Source: Tubiluchus corallicola
Lineage: Eukaryota; Animalia; Priapulida
DNA: 64,000 bases
Assembly (NCBI GenBank): GCA_030141605.1
Contig: JAQGDQ010000401.1
Span: 1 to 64,000 of the forward strand
Reading direction: 5' to 3'
Shown: positions 12,716 to 24,778 of the stretch, piece by piece
How positions within the stretch are numbered: position 1 is the first letter of the stretch
Layout of the letters: every line of letters begins with the position of its first letter
Position numbers and translations under genes: made by a program
The notes under the pieces: model-generated
Database searches by the model: none
What the model was told of the DNA's origin: nothing
What the model saw: only the letters and a program-made list of their open reading frames with translations

Positions 12716-15007
12716 ACCAAATCAGTAAACAAGTAAGCAAGTGAGAAGTTTAAGGCTAATCAACCAATAAACGTATGCATTCTGTCAAACAAACAAATTA
12801 AAGGAAAAAAATAAATTAACAAGAATTTTATCAAGTACTTCTAATATAAGTTATGCAAGCGAGTAGTAAGCAAGTAGTAAATTTTTAATATCCAATATTG
12901 TAGGTGAAAACCGTACAGTTTTTTATATCAAAATAGTTTTTCTGTAGTAAAAATGCGTACTGGTACTGAGTTCCGCTGAGGTGGCCATTATAAAAAATGC
13001 TACTAGTCACTAAGAAATAAAGTAAACGGTCAATAATTAGGTAAATGATCAAAAAAGTAAACACTAAATTTCTGCAAAATAGAAAAAGCCTGCTGTTATG
13101 AAAGTTTGATTCTAACTTCAGTCATAAGTTTTTTTAGTATTATAACATTTGCTGCACATCCTTGGCATTCTTTGCTTTGCTGAGCTGACAAATTATTTTG
13201 GTTACGTCACGTTTTCAAAAATTATTTCAGTAACACATTCGAAGACATTTGGAATCCACTGCTTATTGCTACGCTGGCCGGTAGACCTAATTTATACCTA
13301 TTGATTTAGATCAAAGTACAAATGCGCAAGTTACTGAGAGAACATAATAGCCCATTGTTGAGAATGCTGTGCTGGTGTTCAATACGATCTTGTTTGCGGC
13401 TTATTGTTTGCATGTGAGTGGATAATGATAACTAAAAAGACGAAATTGTTTGGTGGCCATTAACTATGTATCAGAACGTGCCTGGACCCAGACCTCAGAA
13501 TAACTGATTTCCACGATAGGGAAAAATTGATGGTGATCACGCCGAAGAAACCGAATGTTGGCCAGCTTGCAAAAAACGCGATAACGCGAAGAAAAGAAGC
13601 TGAATCGTCCTGCACAAAAAGAAGAAACAGTTCCACTTAAAACTGTAGAATTATTCGGTTTGTGTATCTGTCCATTCTGCTAGCAGCTGTTCTCGCTTTT
13701 GCTGTGATCTAGAAAGTTGATATTTGGCTGCAAGATACTTGGCGGCAAGGTCAGAGCCTGTTGATTTTGGGTCAATCAGTGTAGAGTTGATTTGTTTTAC
13801 ATTCTTAAAAGGTTATTCGTACAACACAAAACTATGACTTAAGTCATAGCAAGGCCGCAATCAGTAACATACATTTTTATTTCTATATACTAGTGTTTTC
13901 TTATTCTTTGGCACATTCCAAGCTGGAACCCTATACATTTAACTAGCCAGCTACTCCCAAAGTTGAATAGTTGCAGCGAGACCACAATCTAGCTAATTTC
14001 CAAGGATAAGTTTCTAAAATCACTTGAACAGGATACATCACAGCGATTACACGATCTGCCTTCGGATTACCAAATTGCGGATATGTGTGAAACTGCCTTA
14101 GTGTTGTATTTGAACCGCAATAAATTATCTTACGTTAATTTTCCAACTTTAATCAAAAGAAAACTTTCACTTGTTCATTATCCGTGAATTCAGTACATTT
14201 TATTGCGCATATGAGGAATGTAGGCTTTCTGGTTTGAGCAGCCACAGGTTTATTATTTCATTGTTTTGTTGAACGAAAATGAGGTTAGTCTAACACGACT
14301 CTTAACTAATTTTCTGCAATGCTGTAATTAAAGTCGGTTAATTTTATCGTTTATGTCGCATTGAAACTTGCAGAGATTTAAACCAAACACATAGCTTGGA
14401 TCTTTTTCATGGCACCAGATAAAACACCATTCATAATGTTTCAAGGAAGTAGTTTCGCTGGTGCACGCAATAAGAATGCACTTTTGGCCCACATCGCTAG
14501 TAAACACAGTCATGTTTATGAAAGACAGCTGTCCGCGTGTAGATATTAAATAAAAGCGGCCTAAGTACTATACCTAGCTTACTTCTTTATACTAACCATT
14601 GCAAGATAAATTATTGGACATTTAGCCAAGTCATTAGTTTGGAACTTAAGTTATAATGCAGTTTATTATCAGTTAAGAACTGAAGTTTGAATGTAACTCT
14701 TCACTCTTCTCTTCTCTGTAGCAGATGCTATGGTATGTCTAGTGATTCATCGTTTGCTTTGCTTCAAGTGGCTCTTTAAAGTACAGATGTGCAGATTTTT
14801 ATCAGATAAACGTTAATAATATTTCAGTTCATGATGAATATGAAAATGATAATTTTTATGCATTGAAAAAAGCGAGAGACGTCAATAGTGGTTTAAAAAC
14901 AGTAAACAAAGACTTTTTTTACTTCACTTCTCTATGTAAAAAGCGTTCGTTCGTGTATTTATATAGCAATTTCTATAATGTCAATTTGTCTGTTTTCAGA
15001 TCATAAA

Positions 15008-15058
15008 ATGAAGACATTTTTGTTTTCCGTTGTTGCATTAGCCAGCTTTTCCACGACT
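15008..15058 (+). CDS. Gly/Tyr/His-rich protein, coding exon 1 (signal peptide)
   Basis: AAAATG context, 17 codons, donor GTAAGC at 15059. The upstream acceptor TTTTCAG at 14999 implies a 5'UTR intron. Confidence 0.82.
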
Positions 15059-17342
15059 GTAAGCATTTGTAACGTTTACTTATTTTTATTTATTAGTATT
15101 TAATGAAAGAGTACAAAAAGAGTACATGTTTCAAATATAAAATTTATTTACACTTAATTATTGTTACCGTAAATAATGAAAGAGAAACCGAAATTGTTTA
15201 AATTGTTTACTCTTCAACAAGTGTAAACACTTGAAAGTGTAAGTGGGCTAATATGTTCATATGAAAACAAGGTGATCTCAGAATCGACTCGCAGTTATAA
15301 TTATAGTCTTTGCCTTCTTTTTGTCCTCATCAGTGTGATGCAAAGAAGCTAAAAAAACACAAAGCACAAAACCACTATATATATATATCACCACTTCAAA
15401 AGTTTTGTGCTTTTTTAACTATTTTCGTTATATTTATATGTATGTACGGCCATTTGTTTCAGCCTGTGTGAATCTTTTGTCAAGGGTAACCTATTTTTCT
15501 CTTGTTTTTCTTCTCTTTCTTCTATTTCTCTCTTCTCTAGCTCTTCGTTTATGGTTCCTATGGCTACGGAGGCGGGTCCCATGGTTACGGAGGACATCTT
15601 GGGGGGTACGGAGGAGGACACCGCAAAGGATACGGTTATCATAATGGAATTCATAAAGGTTACCTCGGCAAAGTGAAGGGTAACCGCCACTCAAGTATGT
15701 CTATATCTAAAATATATCGGAAGGTTTCCAACTTAGTCATTTTCAAAAATTTTCTCGTGATCGAATAATATAGAGATATAGAGAACTGATTTTCCGTACC
15801 ACCGTCCCTTAAATGGTAATGTGTACATGAACTAGAAACACTGCGCTCTATCAATATTAACTTGATAACAATTGCATTCAATTATATGCCAAAGTTTTCC
15901 ATTGACTTCGTTTTAAGTGCTTTGAGAATTTTCAAATTCTATTATTTGTTGACAAATCTTTTAGCTAAATCTTACAAGTATCATGGGAAACGATGCGGTT
16001 ACGGCATACGAATATACGGGGGTTATGGAGGACACCGCAAATACGGCTACGGCAGCCACAAGAGTGGAGGTCATGGTATCCTCTTTAAAGCGAGCGACTT
16101 AGCTGGGGTAAGTCTTCCGAGGTTTTGTTTTACGTTTATTTGTTAATTATCTTTCTATTGTTTTCCGAACCTAGACAATCCACACAAAACCCATACAAAC
16201 TCATACAAAATTTCTTTTCCTAAAACTACTTACACCTTCCTTCTGATGTAGATGCATGTAGATTGCTTAGCATCTGCCCTTTAGTATTTGTTCCGCATTA
16301 GGCTTTCCCTTAGATATGGTAATGTCGAGGAACTTTTCATTCATGAGGATGGCCTCTCCCTAAAAGAAAATCATTTTCATGCAGTTGACAAGCAAATCCA
16401 AAAGAAAATGACCTCCTTGGAATGGACCCCGAAAGAAAATAATATTGCTAGGGATAGTTTCACACGGACGGGGTGGGGAAACATCAGTTCGCAGAGGTAG
16501 CAGTCTCATTAATGTTTGCAAAATTCCTTCTCTTAAAACCTGTGTGAAACGAAAATAAGAAATCACCGTGTTCACTAACTAGGTTAAAACCAAATCAATC
16601 AATTTAGATTATTTACATAAAAAAAGAATCGAATAGTGCTCACCAAATTAATCCAGAGTAAACTGCCTTTCTGTGATGTATCAGCTTTTCTTACTCAACC
16701 TGTATTTTATTCTGTACCAACTTGAGCACCAACATTTTTCGTTACAGTTTCAAGATTTCGTTTTTCCTAGAGGACATATTTTTCTGTTAGAGATATATAG
16801 AGTCTGTCTTGCTCTAACAGGGAAAGCGATAAGATGGGAGGAGGTTTTCTTCAAAGAGCAGTTCAATCAGTAATAGCCTGTATATGTATTTTGATAAAAT
16901 TTTATTTATTATCATTATAATTATCTCAATTTTGTTTTCGATGTTTTTTGGTGTTTTTGCATTGTTTCGTTCATTGCAGGGCTATGGCAACTGTCATGGA
17001 GGCTATGGCGGTTATGGTGGTCATCACGGTGGTTATGGTGGTTATGGCGGTTATGGTGGCGGTTACGGGCATGGTGGTTATGGAGGCCATGGAGGAGGAT
17101 ATGGAGGTCACGGAGGCGGTTATGGAGGCCATGGAGGAGACTATGGAGGTCACGGAGGAGGTCATGGAAGCCATGGAGGAGGTTATGGAAGTCATGGGGG
17201 TGGCTACGGAGGCCATGGTGGTGGTTATGGAGGCCATAGCAGTGGCCATGGAGGTCATGGTGGAGGATACGGAGGTCACACGGGTGGCTATACTTCGTAT
17301 GGCCATGGTGGAGGTGGCTATAGCAATGGCGGATACCATTAA
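15008..17342 (+). CDS. Secreted Gly/Tyr/His-rich protein (~236 aa); join(15008..15058,15541..15694,15965..16107,16980..17342)
   Basis: Four exons with GT-AG introns whose phases (0,1,0) join into one open frame: MKTFLFSVVALASFSTT/LFVYGSYGYGGGSHGYGGHLGGYGGGHRKGYGYH.../TKSYKYHGKRCGYG...LAG/GYGNCHGGY..(GGHGGGY)x10..GGYH*. Hydrophobic N-terminal signal peptide. Confidence 0.88.
15541..15694 (+). CDS. Gly/Tyr/His-rich protein, coding exon 2
   Basis: Strong polypyrimidine acceptor ..TCTTCTCTAG, GYGG-rich frame, donor GTATGT (phase 1). Confidence 0.88.
15965..16107 (+). CDS. Gly/Tyr/His-rich protein, coding exon 3
   Basis: Acceptor CTTTTAG, phase-1 entry, YGGYGGHRKYGYG, donor GTAAGT (phase 0). Confidence 0.85.
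16980..17342 (+). CDS. Gly/Tyr/His-rich protein, last exon with (GGHGGGY)x10
   Basis: Acceptor TTGCAG, phase 0. 21-nt repeats at 17082-17291 vary mostly at synonymous positions. TAA stop at 17340-17342. Confidence 0.92.
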   Translation, partial: GYGNCHGGYGGYGGHHGGYGGYGGYGGGYGHGGYGGHGGGYGGHGGGYGGHGGDYGGHGGGHGSHGGGYGSHGGGYGGHGGGYGGHSSGHGGHGGGYGGHTGGYTSYGHGGGGYSNGGYH

Positions 17343-20300
17343 GTATTACCATGAGTTGTCTGTGATCGCGATGGCCTATGTTACTTCATTGCACAATTAT
17401 GGCATGTGATAGAAAACACACAAACAGTTTCTCGAATTTTATCCTAAGGTTTGTTTGACGATGCATCATTCCACTTGTCAAGTATAGCTTATATGGCGCT
17501 TCCGGCTGATCACAATGATTGCTTTAACAAGATCTGGTAGAAGAAATTTTGTTCAATTGTTGTTGTTCTTGTTGTTGTACGAATAACTTTTTGTTTAACA
17601 GGCGTATTAAAAAAACTTGTTGCGGCCATTCTGGTTGTTGACTTTTAGATATAAAAGCCAGTCAAGGTTAATTAGTTAAAAGACACACAGTTACAAATTA
17701 GTTAGCAATTTTGTGAGTGTGCGCGTTGTTGGTTGTTACCCGATTTGTTATTGATACCATTATTTAGGATTGTTATCTGACAGACTGTATGAGCTAGCAT
17801 AACTTGTGTAAATAATATAAATTTTTGTGTGGACAAGACGTCAGAGGAACTTAAATACTTATTGTTTTAATGTAAGTGAAACATACTTTAATTTGAATAT
17901 GTTGTAAATGCACCATTGCGTGCAAGCCCTTATGATCTCCAATGTAATAGGCTAAACGCATGCAGATGATGATGAACTTGTGATGAATGTTGGAGATTCG
18001 ACAGAACTACAACGTAGACTAATAGTAATAGCAAAAACCGTGACAAACACAGGAGCATAATGACGTGATTATGGTGAGTGTCATCAGTAGAGCTAAACAT
18101 GAAAATACATAAATGGTTATTTTGTGTCACTCAGTGCTACATAGTCTTCTATTACCGTGTCAAACTCGAAATTTCCTAAAATTGATTTCTTTTGCTGAAT
18201 TAAAGAAGTGCTAGTACAATAAAAGCATTTCATTAATCGTGAATAGAACTGTCCCTAGGTTTAGTAAAACTTGCAGGAAATTATCTGAGTTTATGACAGT
18301 TGTTTGCAAAATTTTAAAAATAAAGACCCACCTTTTCTAATACCGTGATTACCACAGATTAGTGATTATTTTTATCAGCGCTATAGGAACTTTAGGTCTA
18401 ATAATCAGGGTGCCTAAAAATCACTACTATGTGCGCTTTTTTAGTTTTTTAATTTTTAATTTGTCGAGTTTTTCATGCAATTTTGGTATCAATCAAAAGC
18501 GACTTTGGAAAATCCTTTTTGTTTAAATTAGATTTTGACTGAAAACACGGTTCTTTGGCAACAACATAAACGGTGTAGAAATGAGGTGCAAAATTTCAGC
18601 CTGGCAAGAGGTCCTTCGATCACCGAGTGAAATTCGGAACACAACATGGGCAACACTGTTCTCTCATTATTAATTAACAATATAGTTTTTCAACAAAGAG
18701 ACGCCATTCCTTACAACTCAAAAACCACTCAGGGCTTTTATTATGCAAGATTGACGTCTGAGGCACTTTCAACTGGAAGCTTGTAAGTTGCCAGATTTCG
18801 CACCCTGCAATTTTTTGCAGGACTATCAGGCAAAAATAAATGCAAGACACCAAGACAATTTCGTGAGCTCGAAATAACTATTAGATGTCATGCAAATATT
18901 TAACTTGAAATGCTTGCTGATATTCCCGCCCAATTTTTCCACTTGACAAGGACAGCAAAGTAACAACATGTAGTTCTGTCTCACTCATTTGTTTTATCTG
19001 ATTTTACTGTGCTTGTTCTTGGTTGAAATTTTGATGGTTTTTAGCAGTACAAGTAGATAGATAAAGCCTTTATTTGCCAATTGAAAACTTAGTGTAGAAA
19101 GTAAAAATACTTTGCACATCTGAAATGTATACTGGGTACCAGAGGCAGCTAGAATACCATTCAATCATATACAACATATGCGACTGACTGAATATTGGCA
19201 ATATAGTCATCTGCACAACTAATATTATGAAAACAAGAACTACAAGATTATAAAATTACTGAAAATTAACAAAACTACGAAATACATGTTATTAATTTTA
19301 CAAAATTTACATTGCAGAAATTAAGAGATTGCTAAGATGATGAGTATGGACAAAATTAGTTAGATGGTTAGTATAAATACTGTTAATTGCAGCAAGTTTT
19401 ACTTAAATCCGTGATTATGATAGTTGTAAAGACCCGAAGAAGGTAAAAGCTCACCTGTCTAATATTTCATAAACGTGATGTGTAACATTTAAATTGATAG
19501 TAATTCACTCTAAAATTTGGTTAGCTTATCAATTAATAATAAAAATATAATATTATTGTACTGTAACCAACGTTGTTATGAACAGGTATTAATGTACCAC
19601 TTGGGGCTAGATTATTACAAGGCCGTAATATAACTTAGTTTGAGTTTTAGGTGTTTAAGTTTCGATACTAGCTTTTACTATAGATAAATGTTTAGCTAGC
19701 ATTACTGTAAGGTAATGTTGGTACTGCGGTGAGGAAAGCCACACACCTGTCCTTCAACAAATGCATACGTTGAAACTGGGTTATCGTCTTATTTTATTTC
19801 AACGGCTTCGGTCGCCATGTTTTTCGCTGTGAAGTGTTTCTCTTGGGTCGTTTTACTTGCGGACTATGTACTTGGTTACAATTTGGCATTTTTATAACTG
19901 CGCTTACAATAAAGGATAGCACATTTTTCGGTAGCCCTGATACGTAATGATACATTTTGTGTACATCAGAATTTACAACCAATTGGATGCTTGGGACTGT
20001 TGGCTTAATTCGTTCACGATGTTACTACCGTTCACGTGGACAGGTGGACTAAATACCGTCTCACAAATTTGCCTGACAATAGTCTGAGGGAGTCTAACAA
20101 TTCTCGATGTTACCTCACCTACTAGGCAGCGCAGATTTCGATCCAGTGACGTCACCATGACTTATGTGACATGCTAAGATGGCATCGGGCAGTCAACCAT
20201 CTCCGAATGGGTAATTAGTGACTGTATAGTCGATTAAATTTTGCTTCGTTTAGCTTTAATCTGATTTTGCCTTGCACTCGGTTTGCTCCCATGTTCAATG

Positions 20301-20654
20301 AGCAACAAGAAGTTTACCAAGTTTTGTCTAAAGTTATAAAATGACTTACGCTTTATAAAAAAACAGTTTCGCTCTAGGTATAATCTCGTTAATTGTTCTT
20401 TAAATTGTCTTCGAAAAGTATTTTGTGATGTTATTTTTAGCCTTTAAGGCAAAAGGGAGTACAGCACTCTGATTGATTGAAAATACCTTTGTTTACGATC
20501 GAGAACTTGTTTTTTAAATTTCGGGTTTAGTTATAGGTGTTTCTCAGTGCAGTTTTTGTAAATGCTTAAAAAGAATTTAAGTAGCAAATATCATGAGCCG
20601 TTCGCACTTTGGTTACTAAACACAATAATAGCAACTCAAGTCCGACACTTAAGA

Positions 20655-20725
20655 TCCCACTCGTGATTCGAACCCATATCTTTTACTTCAAGGTATGCCC
20701 CGTTGAGTTACCTAGGGCCAACTCG
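20655..20725 (-). mobile_element. tRNA-derived SINE head (degenerate)
   Basis: Minus strand TGGCCCTAGG (A-box-like) ... GGTTCGAATCAC (B box); no intact cloverleaf. Confidence 0.4.
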
Positions 20726-22012
20726 TTTCTAAACTATCATCGCTAGGCTAGGAGTACTCGTTTAGAAATTGTTGAGTAAATTTAGTCCAGAAAATCAACA
20801 AAATAAGCACAGCGTCCTAAGCATTTTACAGTAAAAATTATATGTCAAGGTGATAAATAGTTTACAAAAATTTTAATGTGATTTAACCTTTACTACAGAT
20901 AATATAATGTCAGTTTAGGGAATAGATCGAGATGCCTTTTCTAAATAAATCTACTGACTTAGCCATAAAATGCCGGACTTTATTAACAAAGTTAAAAAAT
21001 AACTATAGAAAATGCTAAGTGTATAGGAACTTTCGACCCATACCATAAAAAATTGAATCATTTAAATAATTTTTAAATTTTAATTGAAAATAGTTCAACT
21101 ACAAGCATTTCGTAGACAATTTCATTGTTCAAAATATCTGAACGTATATAAAAATATAGTACTAGTTGCTGTCAATTTTTAGCAAGTTTATACAGAATTA
21201 AAAAAATCTGCATCATTGTTATAGTACTAATGTAATTTTTGCTGTAACGGTTCTACTATTTGCGACGGATCTGTGATATTGTTATAAGAGCAGTTTAGTA
21301 GACATTTAGTTAGAGACACAACAGCAAGAAAATGAATAAAAATTACTAGATAATCATAGAAAGGATATTACCTTTTAATATCATTGACTAAATTACAAAT
21401 TTAGCTAAACTATAAATTTATAAATAATAATTATAAATTAATTAAGTATAAATTATTAATTTAACAATTATAAATTATAAATATATGATTGCTAATTTAT
21501 AAATTTTACAGTTTGCAATAGCAATCAATGCCACAACAATTAATGCAATGACAAATGAACACAATAATAATAATAAAGGCTGTAGTTAGTGGTAATGGAC
21601 TAGTGATATCATATAGTAACGATGATGACGATTATAAAAACTGAAGCGACACTGTCTTTTGACGGCGAACTATATTAATTTTACCCAAAACTATCATATT
21701 CTGTTGCTAAAACACACAAAAATGCTCACGAAAACTTATTTGTTTCAACAGAAGTAATTTAATGAGCAGTAACTGCTGATTGTTAAAAACTGAACAAAGC
21801 TACGTCAAGTCTTTGCTGTAATTTAGTAAACACTAGCGTAGTCGCCTGGCCCACCATTGTGTCGTTCATAAGCGATGCGCTAGTGCGTTCAATTTGCTGC
21901 CGAGAAAAAAGACGAAGACTATTTAACTATTCAGGTTCGCGATAATTCTTACAATGCGCAACATCAAAAACGCGTTTTAAATCGCACGTGTAAGTCTTAT
22001 ACTGCATACGGT

Positions 22013-22357
22013 CCTATACTTTTTGAAATTTTACTTTTGATCATGTCTATGTGCGGTTTCCAATCCATGTGTTCGTTAAGAATGATTCCCAAAAATTTCA
22101 TTTCTTGAATGATTTTAATAGGGGAATTATTGATTTTAATATCATCATTATTAATTGGAATTTTCTTGTGTCTTGCTCTAAAAATGATACATTTAGTTTT
22201 TGTAGAATTTAATGACAACTTATTCGTTTTGAACCAAATACTGAAATAGCAATATTTTGTAATTCACGGTTGATATATGTTAAATTATCAGCCTTATTTA
22301 ACTCAAACAATATGCTCGTATCATCTGCAAACTGAAACAGATTTGGGATATCTAAAG
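22013..22357 (-). mobile_element. CR1/L2-group LINE, piece 3 (RT C-terminal part: FADD..LNSTKTKCIIF..KFLGIILNEHMDWKPHI)
   Basis: ORFs 22209..22436 and 21997..22218 contain LFQFADDTSI and KFLGIIL..WKPHI motifs; continues piece 2 across the 22358-23291 insertion. Confidence 0.9.
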
Positions 22358-23291
22358 TGTTGCGAGCCGAGTGGACCACTGAGCCAAGTAGACCAATTGT
22401 AGACCGCGGTCTACTTGGGCTGCCCAAGTAGGACACTAGAGACAGGTCGCGAATTGAGTCGTTAAGTGTACTGACACCGTCCGTTGTGCTTGTTTTGTAA
22501 TAATAATAATTAAAAACGTTAGTACACGTTGAATAATTTATTATACATCTAATAAAATAAAAGAATTTTATTCTGAGTTGGTAGAACGGACAATATTAAA
22601 TTTGGTTTCGATATTAATGTTGTTGAAGTGAAAAAAACCCACTTTTTTTGCGAATTCAACATTTGTTTAAGGTATATCATTTTTGATTTTGTCTCACTTC
22701 ACAAACAGGTGATCCGTTTCACTACCTCTTGGGCAAATAATTGTTTTCTTATAAGTAAACGTTCTAGCGATCTATGTGTCCTACATGGGCTAGCGAGCCA
22801 TGTAGGACAGTGCCCTACATGTTACAATACTACTGATAATATTAAAACTAATTATCCTTGCTTTTCTTAAATGTTAAAAATTACTTTTTGGTGTTGTGAA
22901 GGCTTAGCAGCATCTGTCTCATTTTTAAATTTGCAATTATTTCTGTAATAACTGTGTGCAGAATTTCGCTCTTTAAAGCATTAGATACTAGGTTTAATGT
23001 TATGATATATTAATGGAGTTAATCATAATGATGAAATTATTGTAAGAAATGCATTTGTAAATTGCCAAGGAATATCAATTTCTAAAAGAAATTTTGTTTT
23101 ATGCTTTATTATGTCATAACAATACTTATAAACAATGGTAATATAAACTGGAAAACAGTTTTGCCAGAGCAAGTTTCTCGACAAAAATCGCTAGTGTCCT
23201 ACTTGGGCTGCCCATGTAGGACACTACTTTTAGCGCATCGGTTTTACCGGAAGTGGTCTACTTGGCTCCTTGGTCCACTCGGCTCCCTACA
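22358..23291. mobile_element. Non-autonomous DNA transposon, TGT..ACA ends, ~38-bp TIR, 5-bp TSD TAAAG (Ginger2/TDD-like)
   Basis: Left TGTTGCGAGCCGAGTGGACCACTGAGCCAAGTAGACCA; revcomp of right TGTAGGGAGCCGAGTGGACCAAGGAGCCAAGTAGACCA. TAAAG at 22353-22357 and 23292-23296. Interrupts the LINE RT between YIND and FADD. Confidence 0.85.
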
Positions 23292-23679
23292 TAAAGAAAT
23301 GTTTTTATGTCATTTATATATATTAAAAATATCAGTGGACCTAAAGTTGAGCCTTGTGGTACTCCACAGGTTATAGCAGCTTCATTTGAAATTATATTAT
23401 TATATCGAATCAGTTGTGTTCTCCCATGAAGATAACTAGATATCCATGGTGTTTGCTCTCCCTCTAAGACTGTAATGATATAGTTAGCTAGAAGTATTTT
23501 ATGATTAACAGTATCAAAGGCCTTAGACAGGTCACAAAATATCCCTACTGCTACTTTATTTTGTTCAATGCATTTAGTTATACTCTCTACAATGATTATC
23601 AAAGCCAATTCGGTTGAGCCGTTTTCCGAGAACCAAACTGCTTATTGTTAATGTTTTGATCATCCAAATAAGATAATAT
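23292..23679 (-). mobile_element. CR1/L2-group LINE, piece 2 (RT core)
   Basis: SYLDDQNINNKQFGSRK..GIFCDLSKAFDTVNHKILL..WISSYLHGRTQ..CGVPQGSTLGPLIFLIYINDI. Confidence 0.93.
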
Positions 23680-24778
23680 TAGGGTGGCTGACGCGTGGTG
23701 CCATGTTGTGGGAGACGAAGGTAGAACATTATTTTCTGGCATATTTCGGTTATCAGTTTTCAAACAATATGAAAGTAAATTAAAAATCAAATTAATACAG
23801 TTAAACTACTGTTATCGGTCTTTTATCTGCCGAAATTTAATTTTCCATACTTTCCTAAGTTTTGAGCAGGAAACTTGTGAAATTGTCAAAAACGGCTTTA
23901 CTGCAATCGATCCGTCAGCGTGACATCAAAAATGGCGCCGATTTAAAGACTACAATGGGTATTTTCAAATCAATTTGCAGCCCGGACTAACAGCTTTATT
24001 TTCGATATTATCAGCCTTACCTGGGTAAAAAAGATCTGCAAATTACTTTAAAACCCGAGCCACAATTAAATTACAACATTTTGTCCGTCAAAATAGCGTA
24101 TCTTTTACACGCACTGCGGTATTAAGCCTTCAAAGAGTGAAAATCTTATTGGCTCGCATCTAAAAATATTCTTAAATGTCTTATCTTAAATTCTAAAACA
24201 CGTTTTGATTGGATAAAATAAGTTAGTCCGGGCCGCATTTAGCCATATAAAAGAACTGTTTTGTAAAGAGAAGTCTCTCTGCTGCTTTCCGCTGATTGGC
24301 TCAGGGTGTATGAGTCATGGTACAGCCTGAAAAATCAAAGCGCTTTGCAATTGGTTGCTGCAAGTAAAGAACTTTTAGATGGATGCATCTCCTGAAGCGC
24401 TTACTGGTGAAGCTAGAACAAAGAAGTAGTGACACTATCTACTCCATTCATAATTCTGGTGAGTTGTAAACACTTTAAGCGACGTGATTTAGAACGTGCC
24501 TGGGATTGTGTTAGTGTTTACTGTAGTTACCCTATTTTTCTGTAGTTGTGTTTCCGCTGTTTCCTTATAATTCTCTACCGCTCTTCTTAGTGTAATGTGA
24601 TATCATTTTTTTATTTCAGTGATCAAAGTTGTTACTATTAACTATTAATTTATCTGTGTAATTACAATAATTTATTTTAGTGTCGAGGTTTTTGAAATTA
24701 AAACTATATAAAAGTGGGCTGTGCATGTTACTGATTTTAAGTGATCGTAGACTACGACAGTGTTACTAGATCATACAA

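Noticed and set aside
12523-12744. SQSV-repeat ORF
   Set aside because: Translation of a (TCAG)n microsatellite.
16884-16979. Hydrophobic 'signal peptide' MYFDKILFIIIIIISILFSMFFGVFALF of ORF 16884..17342
   Set aside because: It is the T-rich 3' end of the intron read through the TTGCAG acceptor. The better-supported signal peptide is at 15008.
16921-17409. His-rich, Met/Val/Glu-rich and Ser/Thr-rich ORFs (16921..17352 -, 16948..17409 +, 16971..17339 -)
   Set aside because: These are shadow frames of the GGHGGGY repeat exon. Only the Gly frame splices in phase to the signal-peptide exons.
19794-20158. Two adjacent short minus-strand ORFs
   Set aside because: They look coding-like but have no identifiable motif; probably an old TE remnant, not supportable as a gene.
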